The translations under genes and the position numbers were made by a program. The notes beneath the pieces are model-generated. The model ran no database searches. It saw only the letters and a program-made list of their open reading frames with translations, and was not told the DNA's origin. A stretch of DNA of 64,000 nucleotides. It comes from Spirochaetia bacterium. Its GTDB lineage: Bacteria > Spirochaetota > Spirochaetia > DSM-2461. This document shows, in pieces, positions 28,954 through 37,437 of this stretch (positions within the stretch are counted from its first letter, which is position 1; the number at the start of each line of letters is the position of its first letter). Location: positions 1 through 64,000 of the forward strand of contig CAXXIA010000003.1 of assembly GCA_963666985.2 (NCBI GenBank), read 5' to 3'.

Positions 28954-29890
28954 TCAATTTACTCCGCCGGTGAAATATCGAAATCTGAATACCCGCGACG
29001 ACGACAAGCAGCAATCCCTTCACGATGAACTGATACCAAGACGAAACTCCAAAAAACTGCAGAATGAAGACAAGCGACGCGACGATCAAAGACGCGGCCA
29101 ATGTGCCGCTGAATCCCCCGACACCGCCTGTGACCATGGTTCCGCCCATGAAAACCACTATGAAGGAATCAAAAAGATACCGGGCTCCCGCCTCGGCGTT
29201 ACCGCTGGAAATGCGGCATGCGAGATAGATTCCCGCCAGACCGGCAACCAAAGAACTGATTGTGAAAATCAAAATACGCGTTCTGTCGACGGCAACACCG
29301 GACATCCTCGCGGCATTCGGATCTCCGCCTACGGCATAGATCATGCGGCCGAGAGCCTTTTTTCTTAAAAGCAGAACACCGATGATTCCGGCGGCGACAA
29401 TGATAAGAAACGGCGCGAGCGCAAAATCGCCAACGGAAAAAAGCAGCACGTTTTTAAGGGAATCACAGATATACCCGCCCGGACTGGGACGAACAATCAG
29501 GCTCACCCCGTTTATGATGAACATCATTCCCAGCGTCATGATAAAAGGTTCCATCCGGAAAAAAGTCACTCCGATTCCGTTAATCAATCCAATCAGCAGG
29601 GAAACGGCGACAACGACCAAAATCGCCGAGAACAGACTCTTTTCCATAAGCACCGAACAGATGGCGGTCGCCAAACCGGCTACCGATCCGACGGAAAGAT
29701 CGAAACCGCGGCCGATGACGACGATGGTTTGTGAAAAACCGATTAATATAATGGGAACCGCGGAAATAAAAATGGCGGAAAACGTTGAAACAGAACGAAA
29801 AAAGGGCGATATGGCGAACGACAGCCCCCAAAAAATAATCAAGATCAGATACACATAATGTTTTGTCAGAATGCTTTTCAGATTCAGCAT
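28946..29890 (-). CDS. Sugar ABC transporter permease (RbsC/CUT2 type)
   Basis: GFDLSVG, GRMIYAVGGDPNAARMSGV, MGGTMVTGG. Confidence 0.92.
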   Translation of the reverse strand: MLNLKSILTKHYVYLILIIFWGLSFAISPFFRSVSTFSAIFISAVPIILIGFSQTIVVIGRGFDLSVGSVAGLATAICSVLMEKSLFSAILVVVAVSLLIGLINGIGVTFFRMEPFIMTLGMMFIINGVSLIVRPSPGGYICDSLKNVLLFSVGDFALAPFLIIVAAGIIGVLLLRKKALGRMIYAVGGDPNAARMSGVAVDRTRILIFTISSLVAGLAGIYLACRISSGNAEAGARYLFDSFIVVFMGGTMVTGGVGGFSGTLAASLIVASLVFILQFFGVSSWYQFIVKGLLLVVVAGIQISIFHRRSKLNE

Positions 29891-29899
29891 AACGGTGTC

Positions 29900-31405
29900 C
29901 TATTCATAGTAAGATTGCAGCAGACTTTCTTCATCCACGACTTCCTCGCTGCATTCGTTAACGATAGCTCCTTCACGCATAACCAGAAGCCTATCCGGAA
30001 GCTGAAGAATCTCTTCTCTGTCGGTTAAAAGCGCGAGCGTCGGTATTCCTTCGTCGGCCAGGGATCGAAGCAGATTGTAAATCTGCACTTTCGCCCCTAT
30101 ATCGACACCGACGGTCGGCTGATCCAAAAGAAGGATTTTCGGCTCGGCCATTAAATACTTCGAAAGAACGACTTTCTGCCTGTTGCCGCCGCTGAGATAC
30201 CGAACGACTTTTTCCAGATTCGGCGTTTCGACATTGAGTTTGTCCACCATGGACTGCGCCGATTTATTTTCCATTTTCGTATTGATAATTCCGAAATGAG
30301 TCCGCTGATTCAGACTGGGGAGAGTCATATTGAAGGTAACGTTATGAGAAGACCAAAGCTCTTCTTCGTCTCTCCTGTCCGAGATATAATAAATACCGGC
30401 TTTCATGGCGTCATAAACGGAATTAATGACGATTTCTTTTCCGTCGATTGATATGGTTCCTTCATTCTTGTTCAGGATTCCGGCGATTGTCCGAAGCAAC
30501 TTGCTCTGCCCCTGACCGCGCAATCCGGCCAAACCGACAATCTCGCCTTTCCGAACAACCAGATCCGTGGTTTTCAGATGTTTTGAAGCCATACCCCGCA
30601 CGGATAAAACAACATCCGACCGGGTGCCGATGCCCCTCTTCGCGGGAAATTGAAGCCCCCCGGCGATTCCGGTCATATATTGAATAATGGTTTTCCTCTT
30701 TTCCAGGAAATCTTCTTTTTTCTCATTATTAATCACTCCGGACAGATTTCCGTCTTTTAAAACAAGGATTTCATCCGCGAGCTTCAGAACTTCTTCCAAA
30801 CGATGAGAGATAAAAATAATGGTTTTCCCCTCATCCCGCAGACGGCGAATGATGCCGAAAAGTTCGTCGACAAGAGAGGACTCCAAGGAGGCGGTCATTT
30901 CATCGAAAATGATGATATTCGGATTCCCGGAGATGACTTTGCCAAGCTCTACAAGGCTTTTTTCCCCTTCCGTAAGATCCGCCGCAGGGCGGGAAACATC
31001 GATATCAAGATTGACTTGTTTTAAAACCTCACGGGCATTCTTTTTCAGTTTCCTGTGAGACAAAAACGATTTTTTGTAATAATCCTTTAATTCAACCAGG
31101 GCGACATTTTCGGCGACGCTCAGCTGCGGTATCAGTGAATGTTCCTGAAATACCGCATCGATTTTATATTCGGTTCTCGCATTAATGGGGTTCCGAATTC
31201 GAGCGGGATTTCCGGCGATGAAAATATTTCCGGAATTCGGCTGGTAAATGCCCATAAGAATTTTTATCAGAGTCGATTTTCCGGCGCCGTTTTCACCCAT
31301 CAAAGCATAGATTCGCCCCGCAGACAGACCGAATGAAATTCCCTTAAGAACATTGACGCCCGGGAAAGTCTTCTGCAGCGATTCTATGCGGATTGTTTCT
31401 TCCAT
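29900..31405 (-). CDS. Sugar ABC transporter ATP-binding protein (RbsA type, two NBDs)
   Basis: GENGAGKST, FDEMT, ISHRL, LSGGNRQKV. Confidence 0.93.
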   Translation of the reverse strand: MEETIRIESLQKTFPGVNVLKGISFGLSAGRIYALMGENGAGKSTLIKILMGIYQPNSGNIFIAGNPARIRNPINARTEYKIDAVFQEHSLIPQLSVAENVALVELKDYYKKSFLSHRKLKKNAREVLKQVNLDIDVSRPAADLTEGEKSLVELGKVISGNPNIIIFDEMTASLESSLVDELFGIIRRLRDEGKTIIFISHRLEEVLKLADEILVLKDGNLSGVINNEKKEDFLEKRKTIIQYMTGIAGGLQFPAKRGIGTRSDVVLSVRGMASKHLKTTDLVVRKGEIVGLAGLRGQGQSKLLRTIAGILNKNEGTISIDGKEIVINSVYDAMKAGIYYISDRRDEEELWSSHNVTFNMTLPSLNQRTHFGIINTKMENKSAQSMVDKLNVETPNLEKVVRYLSGGNRQKVVLSKYLMAEPKILLLDQPTVGVDIGAKVQIYNLLRSLADEGIPTLALLTDREEILQLPDRLLVMREGAIVNECSEEVVDEESLLQSYYE

Positions 31406-31429
31406 AGTCTTTCTGGTGCTCCTCAAGAA

Positions 31430-31463
31430 GCGCGAGGCCGGGCGTTCGCCCGAATCCTCGCGC
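31430..31463. other. Intra-operon stem-loop after the substrate-binding protein gene
   Basis: GCGCGAGG...CCTCGCGC outer stem enclosing a CGGGCG/CGCCCG inner stem; typical position for differential mRNA stabilisation. Confidence 0.55.
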
Positions 31464-31476
31464 CGGAATAACTCCG

Positions 31477-32679
31477 TTACCGGATGATTTTATTCAATGT
31501 CTCATCGCTGAGCGGCGTGAATACGAAGACTCCCTGGGGGGCGTCATAACGAACGTATTTCTCGAATTCATCACTGGAGAATCCCGGAGTGGGATAGAAG
31601 TACATCCTGGGCACCGGATAGCCTTGAAGAAGCATTTCCATCAGTTTCACCGCGATGGCGCTGTTGATGGACGGATGGGCCGAAGCATACGCGGTGATGT
31701 CATATTCAAGACATTTCTGCAGGAAACCGTTCTGATCCTCGGATGCATGGAGATAATCACCGGGGTTCAAACCGAGCTCAACCATGGCGTCGATGATGGC
31801 CAAGGACATCTGACCGCCCACGGAATAAACGGCATCGAATTCCGGATGAGCCGTATACATATCCATGAACTTCGACTTGGCCTTGTCGGCCGACCAATCG
31901 CAATACTCGATGGCGGTGATTTCGATATCCGGATACTTATTGAAAACATCCAGTCCGCCGCCGCTTCGTCCCTCGTCGATGGGATATCCCTTAAGGCCCC
32001 TGAAGAAGAACACTTTGCCTTTGTAATTCATCTGCTCCGCGAGCCATTCGGCCGAAAGGGTTCCGAAGGAATAAGGATCGTTGCCCATGAAACAGTTATA
32101 TTTCGTGGTGTCGGCGCTGTCGTTGAAAAGCATGATGGGACAGCCGGCGTCATAGATTTTCTCAATTGTGTCTTTCAATGCCATGGGATCCAGAGGATCC
32201 ACGATAATGCCGTCCAGTTCGCCTTTTTTCCACATGGTGAACATGCCTTCCAGGTTGGCGATTTGGGTATCGACATCGGAAGCGCTGTCCATGTGAATGT
32301 AGTCGGTAATCAGCGTTGAGCGCTTGACTTCACGTTCGAATTCGGCGATGCAGACTTCCTGCCAGGGATTGCCCCTCCAACTGGTGATAAAACCGATTTT
32401 ATAGGGGGGCTCGGCCGTGTATTCCCGGATTTTGGGACTGTTGTTCCACCAATCCAGCCAGGCTCCGCCCTTCATGGCGATACTGTAAGCCGTGTCCACG
32501 TTCAAATCATAGCGAACGGGCTTACCGCTTTTTCCTTCAACGGCCGCAACCTGTTCCTTCAGCGTTGCGTTTTCAGCCTGAAGCGCTTTAAAATCAGCCT
32601 CGCTCACCTTTGATCCGCAGCTTGTTACCGCCAAGGCAAAAAGCCCTAACGCGATCATTGATAAAAAGAGTCTCTTCAT
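31477..32679 (-). CDS. Sugar ABC substrate-binding lipoprotein (periplasmic binding protein type 1)
   Basis: MKRLFLSMIALGLFALAVTS-C lipoprotein signal; GNPWQ, DGIIVDP, EWLAEQM, FNKYPDIEI, DWSADKAK. Confidence 0.88.
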   Translation of the reverse strand: MKRLFLSMIALGLFALAVTSCGSKVSEADFKALQAENATLKEQVAAVEGKSGKPVRYDLNVDTAYSIAMKGGAWLDWWNNSPKIREYTAEPPYKIGFITSWRGNPWQEVCIAEFEREVKRSTLITDYIHMDSASDVDTQIANLEGMFTMWKKGELDGIIVDPLDPMALKDTIEKIYDAGCPIMLFNDSADTTKYNCFMGNDPYSFGTLSAEWLAEQMNYKGKVFFFRGLKGYPIDEGRSGGGLDVFNKYPDIEITAIEYCDWSADKAKSKFMDMYTAHPEFDAVYSVGGQMSLAIIDAMVELGLNPGDYLHASEDQNGFLQKCLEYDITAYASAHPSINSAIAVKLMEMLLQGYPVPRMYFYPTPGFSSDEFEKYVRYDAPQGVFVFTPLSDETLNKIIR

Positions 32680-32738
32680 TCCTTCCTTCTCCTCGTTGTT
32701 CTCTATACAGCGATAGAACCTACCGCTTTTTTTCCGAT

Positions 32739-34298
32739 TCATTTCTCAGCCGAGAATATTTTTTTAAGTTGGGTATTAATCGGTGATACGGCCCGATAAA
32801 GGTCGTTAAAAACGCCGTATAGGTCGTTATAAACGGCGGTGTCTTTTTCTCTGGGTTCAATGCATTCTTTAATTTTAATGAAGTCCCGCACGGCCGAATC
32901 AAAACCGTCGAAAACCCCCAGACCGACGCCGCAAACAATGGCCGCGCCGAGAGAATTGGCTTCTTGCTGAGCATTTAACGTACAGATGGTCCTATTCATG
33001 ACGCTGGCCTGGATATTTCTCCAAACCTCACTCTTCGATCCTCCGCCGATCATGTTGATCCGATCGAATCGAGTTCCCACCTGGTTTTCCATCACTTCGC
33101 ACATAATGCGAATGTTCATGGAAATCCCCTCCATAACGGAGCGAAGAATATCGCCTTTGGTATGGGCCAGCGTTAAACCGGCGATAGTTCCTCTGTCGTC
33201 CAAATTGTTATGAGGAGCGCCCCCCGGACGCATATTCGGCAAAAAAACAATTCCGTTGGATCCGGCCGGAGAAGCCTCGGCTTTTTTATCGATTATGGAA
33301 TAGACACTTCCCCCGGATTCCTCGGCTTCGCGAATCTCATTTTCACAGAACTGGTCCTTAACCCATTGATGGACAACACCGGCGGAAAACATCGCGAGCT
33401 GAACAACGTGAGTATCGGGAACCACATGACAAAGGGAAAACGGCCGCATCACATTATCGAAGAAAGGCTTTTTTGAAGCGACGGCCAGCCAGGATGCCGA
33501 GCCGATGACATTGTAGGCATTGCCTTCCGCGATAACACCCGCGCCCAATGCCGCGGAAGGAACATCTCCGCCGCCGATAACAACCGGCGTTCCTTCCATC
33601 AGCCCCGTAGCAGCCGCCGCGGAAGAAGTAACGTTCCCGACGATGTCGGTGGAACGGCAAATCCGTTCGGGGAGTTTTCCGGAATCCAGCCCGGAAGCGT
33701 TAATAATCTCATCATCCCATCGGCGCTTCTCAAGGTTCAGCAAACCCGTATTGGATGCGTCGGAATAATCGGTTAGGAATTCTCCGGTCAGCTTACAGAC
33801 GATAAAGTCCTTAACGCCGATCATTTTATAGGTGCTTTTGTAGACATCGGGCTGATGCGCTTTAATCCACATCATCTTGGCCAGCGCATAAAGAGGTATG
33901 GCCATGCCCGCACCGGTTCTTCGGTAAAACCGCTCCCACCCGATCCGCTCTTCGATACTTCGCCCTTCCTCGACGCTCCGGCAATCGGCCCAAATCATCA
34001 CCCGATCCGAAATGGAAGAGCCGTCAGTTCCCACGGGAATCAGCGACATCATCTGACCGCTGAACGAAACTCCGGCAATATCCCCGGAAGGGATTCCGGC
34101 CTTTTGGATAACCGTTTTTGTCGATTCACAAACGGCTTTCCACCAATCTTCGGGGTTTTGAACAACCCAATCCGAATGCGGATAATAGGTTTGATACTCA
34201 ACGTACGTACTGGCCAGCAATCGACCGTCGCACCCGTACAGCGACGCTTTATTCCCCGTTGTTCCAAGGTCATGAGATAAAATGGCTTGTTTGCTCAA
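32739..34298 (-). CDS. FGGY-family carbohydrate kinase (xylulokinase-like)
   Basis: SHDLGTTGNK, SFSGQM, WADCRS, TDYSDAS, GGGD, FLPNM, GGGSKS; TTG start after GAGGAG (ORF track 34325). Confidence 0.92.
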   Translation of the reverse strand: MSKQAILSHDLGTTGNKASLYGCDGRLLASTYVEYQTYYPHSDWVVQNPEDWWKAVCESTKTVIQKAGIPSGDIAGVSFSGQMMSLIPVGTDGSSISDRVMIWADCRSVEEGRSIEERIGWERFYRRTGAGMAIPLYALAKMMWIKAHQPDVYKSTYKMIGVKDFIVCKLTGEFLTDYSDASNTGLLNLEKRRWDDEIINASGLDSGKLPERICRSTDIVGNVTSSAAAATGLMEGTPVVIGGGDVPSAALGAGVIAEGNAYNVIGSASWLAVASKKPFFDNVMRPFSLCHVVPDTHVVQLAMFSAGVVHQWVKDQFCENEIREAEESGGSVYSIIDKKAEASPAGSNGIVFLPNMRPGGAPHNNLDDRGTIAGLTLAHTKGDILRSVMEGISMNIRIMCEVMENQVGTRFDRINMIGGGSKSEVWRNIQASVMNRTICTLNAQQEANSLGAAIVCGVGLGVFDGFDSAVRDFIKIKECIEPREKDTAVYNDLYGVFNDLYRAVSPINTQLKKIFSAEK

Positions 34299-34311
34299 AA
34301 CGTTTCTCCTC

Positions 34312-34707
34312 TCAAGTAATTTCATCCGTCAGGATTTCGAACAGTTCAATCCAATTATCCTCAATATCCCGGAAATAGCCGATTCTCCATCCGTTCGTTG
34401 TTTGCCGTTCGCCTTCGATGAAAACGCCTTTGGATTCCAAATATTCCTTAGCTTCCGAAAAATCATCGAGGCGAAACGCAAAATGACTTAATCCCGGTTC
34501 ATCCAGAGCTCTCCCGATACGTTCTTTTTTCGAGGGAAGCAATTCAATTCGAAGATCGCCTTTTTCCAGGAAATAAATCGGCGGCCGGCCGGTTTTCAGC
34601 AGCTGATGAACCACGCGAAAACCCAAAACATCCTCATACCAGTGTTTCAGGGCTTCGACATCCGCGGCATAAATCCCCACATGGCATCCGACCGGCCGAA
34701 GCATCAT
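34312..34707 (-). CDS. VOC/glyoxalase family protein
   Basis: HVGI..WYEDVLGF..IELL..GLSHFAF..YFRDIEDNWIELFE; His/Glu/His/Glu metal ligands present. Confidence 0.88.
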   Translation of the reverse strand: MMLRPVGCHVGIYAADVEALKHWYEDVLGFRVVHQLLKTGRPPIYFLEKGDLRIELLPSKKERIGRALDEPGLSHFAFRLDDFSEAKEYLESKGVFIEGERQTTNGWRIGYFRDIEDNWIELFEILTDEIT

Positions 34708-35366
34708 GAATCAATCCAATCCTGATAGATGGACAATCCCGCGCTGGTTCCCAGCCGCGTCGCGCCGGCGTCCACCATGGCTTTTGCATCGGCGGCGGAA
34801 CGAATACCTCCGGCTGCTTTCACGCGCGTGGAGGTTCCTTTAACGGAATCCGACATCAATTTCACGATACGGGGAGTCGGCGGTTCGATAAATCCGGTTG
34901 ATGTTTTTACAAAATCGGCGCCCGCCTGGGAATAGATTTCACAAGCCTTCACAATCTCGTCATCCGTCAGAAGACACACTTCAAAAATGGCTTTCAGGAT
35001 TTTATTCCCCGCCGCCTTCCGGCAAACATCGGCTTCTTTCTTCAGAACATCATAGTTTCCGTCCTTAAGAGCACCGACATTGATAACGAAATCACAGTCT
35101 GTTGCCCCTTTCGCGGCGGCATCCCGGATTTCAAATTCTTTCATTTCCGCCGTCCAGGCACCGTAGGGGAAAGCCAATGCCGCGGTAATGCCCACATCGG
35201 AACCTTCCAGAAAACGGCGGGCATATTCGATATAGCAAGGATGAATCGCAACCGTGGCGAAATTGTATAACCGGGACTCAAGGCAGATGTTTTCAATGCT
35301 TTCCAACGGAACTTGGATTTTCAGCTGAGTTTGGTCGATGTAACCGGCAATTTCATTTTTGGTCAT
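34704..35366 (-). CDS. deoC: Deoxyribose-phosphate aldolase
   Basis: IDQTQL, AFPYG, DFVIN, LKAIFE, ADFVKTSTGF, VKAAGGIR, RLGTS. Confidence 0.88.
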   Translation of the reverse strand: MTKNEIAGYIDQTQLKIQVPLESIENICLESRLYNFATVAIHPCYIEYARRFLEGSDVGITAALAFPYGAWTAEMKEFEIRDAAAKGATDCDFVINVGALKDGNYDVLKKEADVCRKAAGNKILKAIFEVCLLTDDEIVKACEIYSQAGADFVKTSTGFIEPPTPRIVKLMSDSVKGTSTRVKAAGGIRSAADAKAMVDAGATRLGTSAGLSIYQDWIDS

Positions 35367-36028
35367 TTAGCATCCTCCTCGGTCCATCCGATGATGTTTT
35401 TCCATGTACTGGAGTGAATGCGATCCACTCCGGCTTCGATGTATTCCTCGGCATCCTTCTTCGTACGGACACCGCCGGAGACCTCAATCTGCAATTCTTT
35501 TCCGATAACCCGGCGGATGAACTTAACGTGTTCTATAGCCGTCGAGCCTTGCCAGAAGCCGGAATTGGTCTTAATGATTTTTATCCCCACCTCCAAAAAG
35601 AGCCGGCAGACCTGTTCAATTTCCTCGAATGTCATTTTCGCCACCTGCGGCAAAGCGACGATATCCATCTTCCCGCCGACCGCTTTAACAATGGCTTCCA
35701 AATCCTTTTTCACCAAATCCCATTTACCGGATTTCATATAGTTGAATTTGGGGCTGACATCGATTTCACTGCATTGAAAGCTCAAAGCCCGTTCGATGAG
35801 TTTTACATTCGTTTCCGTCGTGAACCCGCCTAAGGGGTATGAAATAATTGTGCCCACCCTTTTTTTAGGAAAAAGTTCTCGGGCTAAGGAAATGTAGAAC
35901 TCATCAACAATAACCGAATAAAAATCAACATTCTTAACGTCTTTCGCGAACTCTCTGATTCCTGATTCCGTCATTTCGGTCGTCAACGGCGCAAGAATCA
36001 TTCGTTTTGCCATATCTTGATCAATCAT
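35363..36028 (-). CDS. Divergent DeoC-like aldolase
   Basis: ISYPLG, EIDV, IIKTNSGF, IEVSGGVRT, RIHSS; second catalytic Lys replaced. Confidence 0.8.
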   Translation of the reverse strand: MIDQDMAKRMILAPLTTEMTESGIREFAKDVKNVDFYSVIVDEFYISLARELFPKKRVGTIISYPLGGFTTETNVKLIERALSFQCSEIDVSPKFNYMKSGKWDLVKKDLEAIVKAVGGKMDIVALPQVAKMTFEEIEQVCRLFLEVGIKIIKTNSGFWQGSTAIEHVKFIRRVIGKELQIEVSGGVRTKKDAEEYIEAGVDRIHSSTWKNIIGWTEEDAK

Positions 36029-36039
36029 GGCTACTCCTT

Positions 36040-36065
36040 ATGATGTAATCATGTCTTTACATCAT
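36040..36065. promoter_or_regulatory. Palindromic operator candidate for the GntR regulator
   Basis: ATGATGTAA-TCATGTCT-TTACATCAT, perfect 9-bp arms abutting the AAGGAG SD of the first operon gene. Confidence 0.6.
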
Positions 36066-36177
36066 TCTATCATAACGATATTGTGTCGGCAAGCATTTTT
36101 TTCAGCGGATGATGTGGCAGGCCGGGATTCCCCGACTGCATAAGTCAATTAACTTTTCCTTGATAAGGAGTTACTAA

Positions 36178-37050
36178 ATGAGATCTTATCCTGAATGCAT
36201 TCCCTGCATTGTCGAGCAAACCTTAAGAGCGACAAAACGCCTTACGGAGAATCAACAGCTCCATTTAGATTGTCTCTATGACGTCTGCGCGAATTTCAGA
36301 AAAAACCGTCCTTTGGATAATCCTGCCCGTGAAAGTCAGTTTGCCTACGAAACGGTTATGAACCATACGGGCGCCGCCGATCCGTACCGTGATGAAATGC
36401 TCTGGGCCAATAAGCTTGCGAAGGAAATCCTCTCGAATCTCCCGCACGACTCCCACTACTTCACCGATATGGAAGCGGCCCTTCGGCTTTCGGCGGCCGG
36501 CAATGCCATCGACTACGGACCGCAGCATAGTTCGGATATTGAACAAGATGTTCGGGACTCCATAGAACAGGAACCGGCCGTCAGTCACTTTTCCGATTTC
36601 GCCGAAAAGCTGAACAACGCCGAAAACTTGCTGTTTCTTGCCGATAATGCCGGAGAAATCATCTTTGACAAGGTGTTCCTTTCACTAATAAAGGATAAAG
36701 GCATTAACGTTACCATAGCGGTAAAATCCGGTCCCATTCTCAACGATGTGACACTGAAAACCGCTCGTGAAATCGGACTTGATAACGACTTTCCCGTTAT
36801 CGGCACGGGTTCCAATGCCATGGGAGTGGATTTTTGGCGATGTTCCGACGAATTTTTGGAATTGTTCAAAACGTCCGACATTATTCTGGCAAAAGGACAA
36901 GCGAATTTCGAATCCCTTCATGGAACCGAAAGAGAAATTTTCAGTCTTTTACGGGTGAAATGTCCCATAATCGCCTCCCTTACGGGGGGACCTGTCGGCA
37001 GATCCGTTTTTCTTAGTTTAAAACGATTAGAACAATCGTCTCTTTTATAA
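36178..37050 (+). CDS. DUF89/ARMT1-like damage-control phosphatase
   Basis: ECIPCI, DPY, AAGNAID, LADNAGEIIFD, PILND, KGQANFES, LRVKC. Confidence 0.92.
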   Translation: MRSYPECIPCIVEQTLRATKRLTENQQLHLDCLYDVCANFRKNRPLDNPARESQFAYETVMNHTGAADPYRDEMLWANKLAKEILSNLPHDSHYFTDMEAALRLSAAGNAIDYGPQHSSDIEQDVRDSIEQEPAVSHFSDFAEKLNNAENLLFLADNAGEIIFDKVFLSLIKDKGINVTIAVKSGPILNDVTLKTAREIGLDNDFPVIGTGSNAMGVDFWRCSDEFLELFKTSDIILAKGQANFESLHGTEREIFSLLRVKCPIIASLTGGPVGRSVFLSLKRLEQSSLL

Positions 37051-37217
37051 TCCGGAACCGCCCGACCGATTCCGTAAAAGATGAGGAATCCGAGGGCGAA
37101 GTACGGTAATGCGAAATAAAGGAATCCGGGCGGATGAGCAAAACATGAATTTTCGAACAGCCCCTCCCGATTAAACAAAAAAGCGGATTCTCAGCAACAA
37201 AATTAAGAGGTGAATTC

Positions 37218-37293
37218 AAAGCCCTTTCAACGCGGATTCGGAGGGGTTTCGGCCATCGGAGAGAATCAATTTCATGATTATGAAACCGCCTCA
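37218..37293 (+). repeat. Structured intergenic repeat, copy A (degenerate)
   Basis: Collinear with 59536-59612 and with the reverse complement of 40050-40127. Confidence 0.7.
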
Positions 37294-37437
37294 GGCATAA
37301 TTGGTTTTTTCTTTTCCATGGGACTGGAAAGTCCCCTTCCTATCTTTTCTCATATTTCTTTAACATTCCCCAAAACAAACGCTTATTTTCTTCCTTAGGA
37401 ATTCTATACTGTTAAGTAATCTCTAAGGAGGATTATT

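Noticed and set aside
29900..31405. Degenerate Walker motifs in the second NBD of the ABC ATPases (DQPT; also 50555-52120)
   Set aside because: One degenerate site is normal for CUT2-type tandem ATPases.
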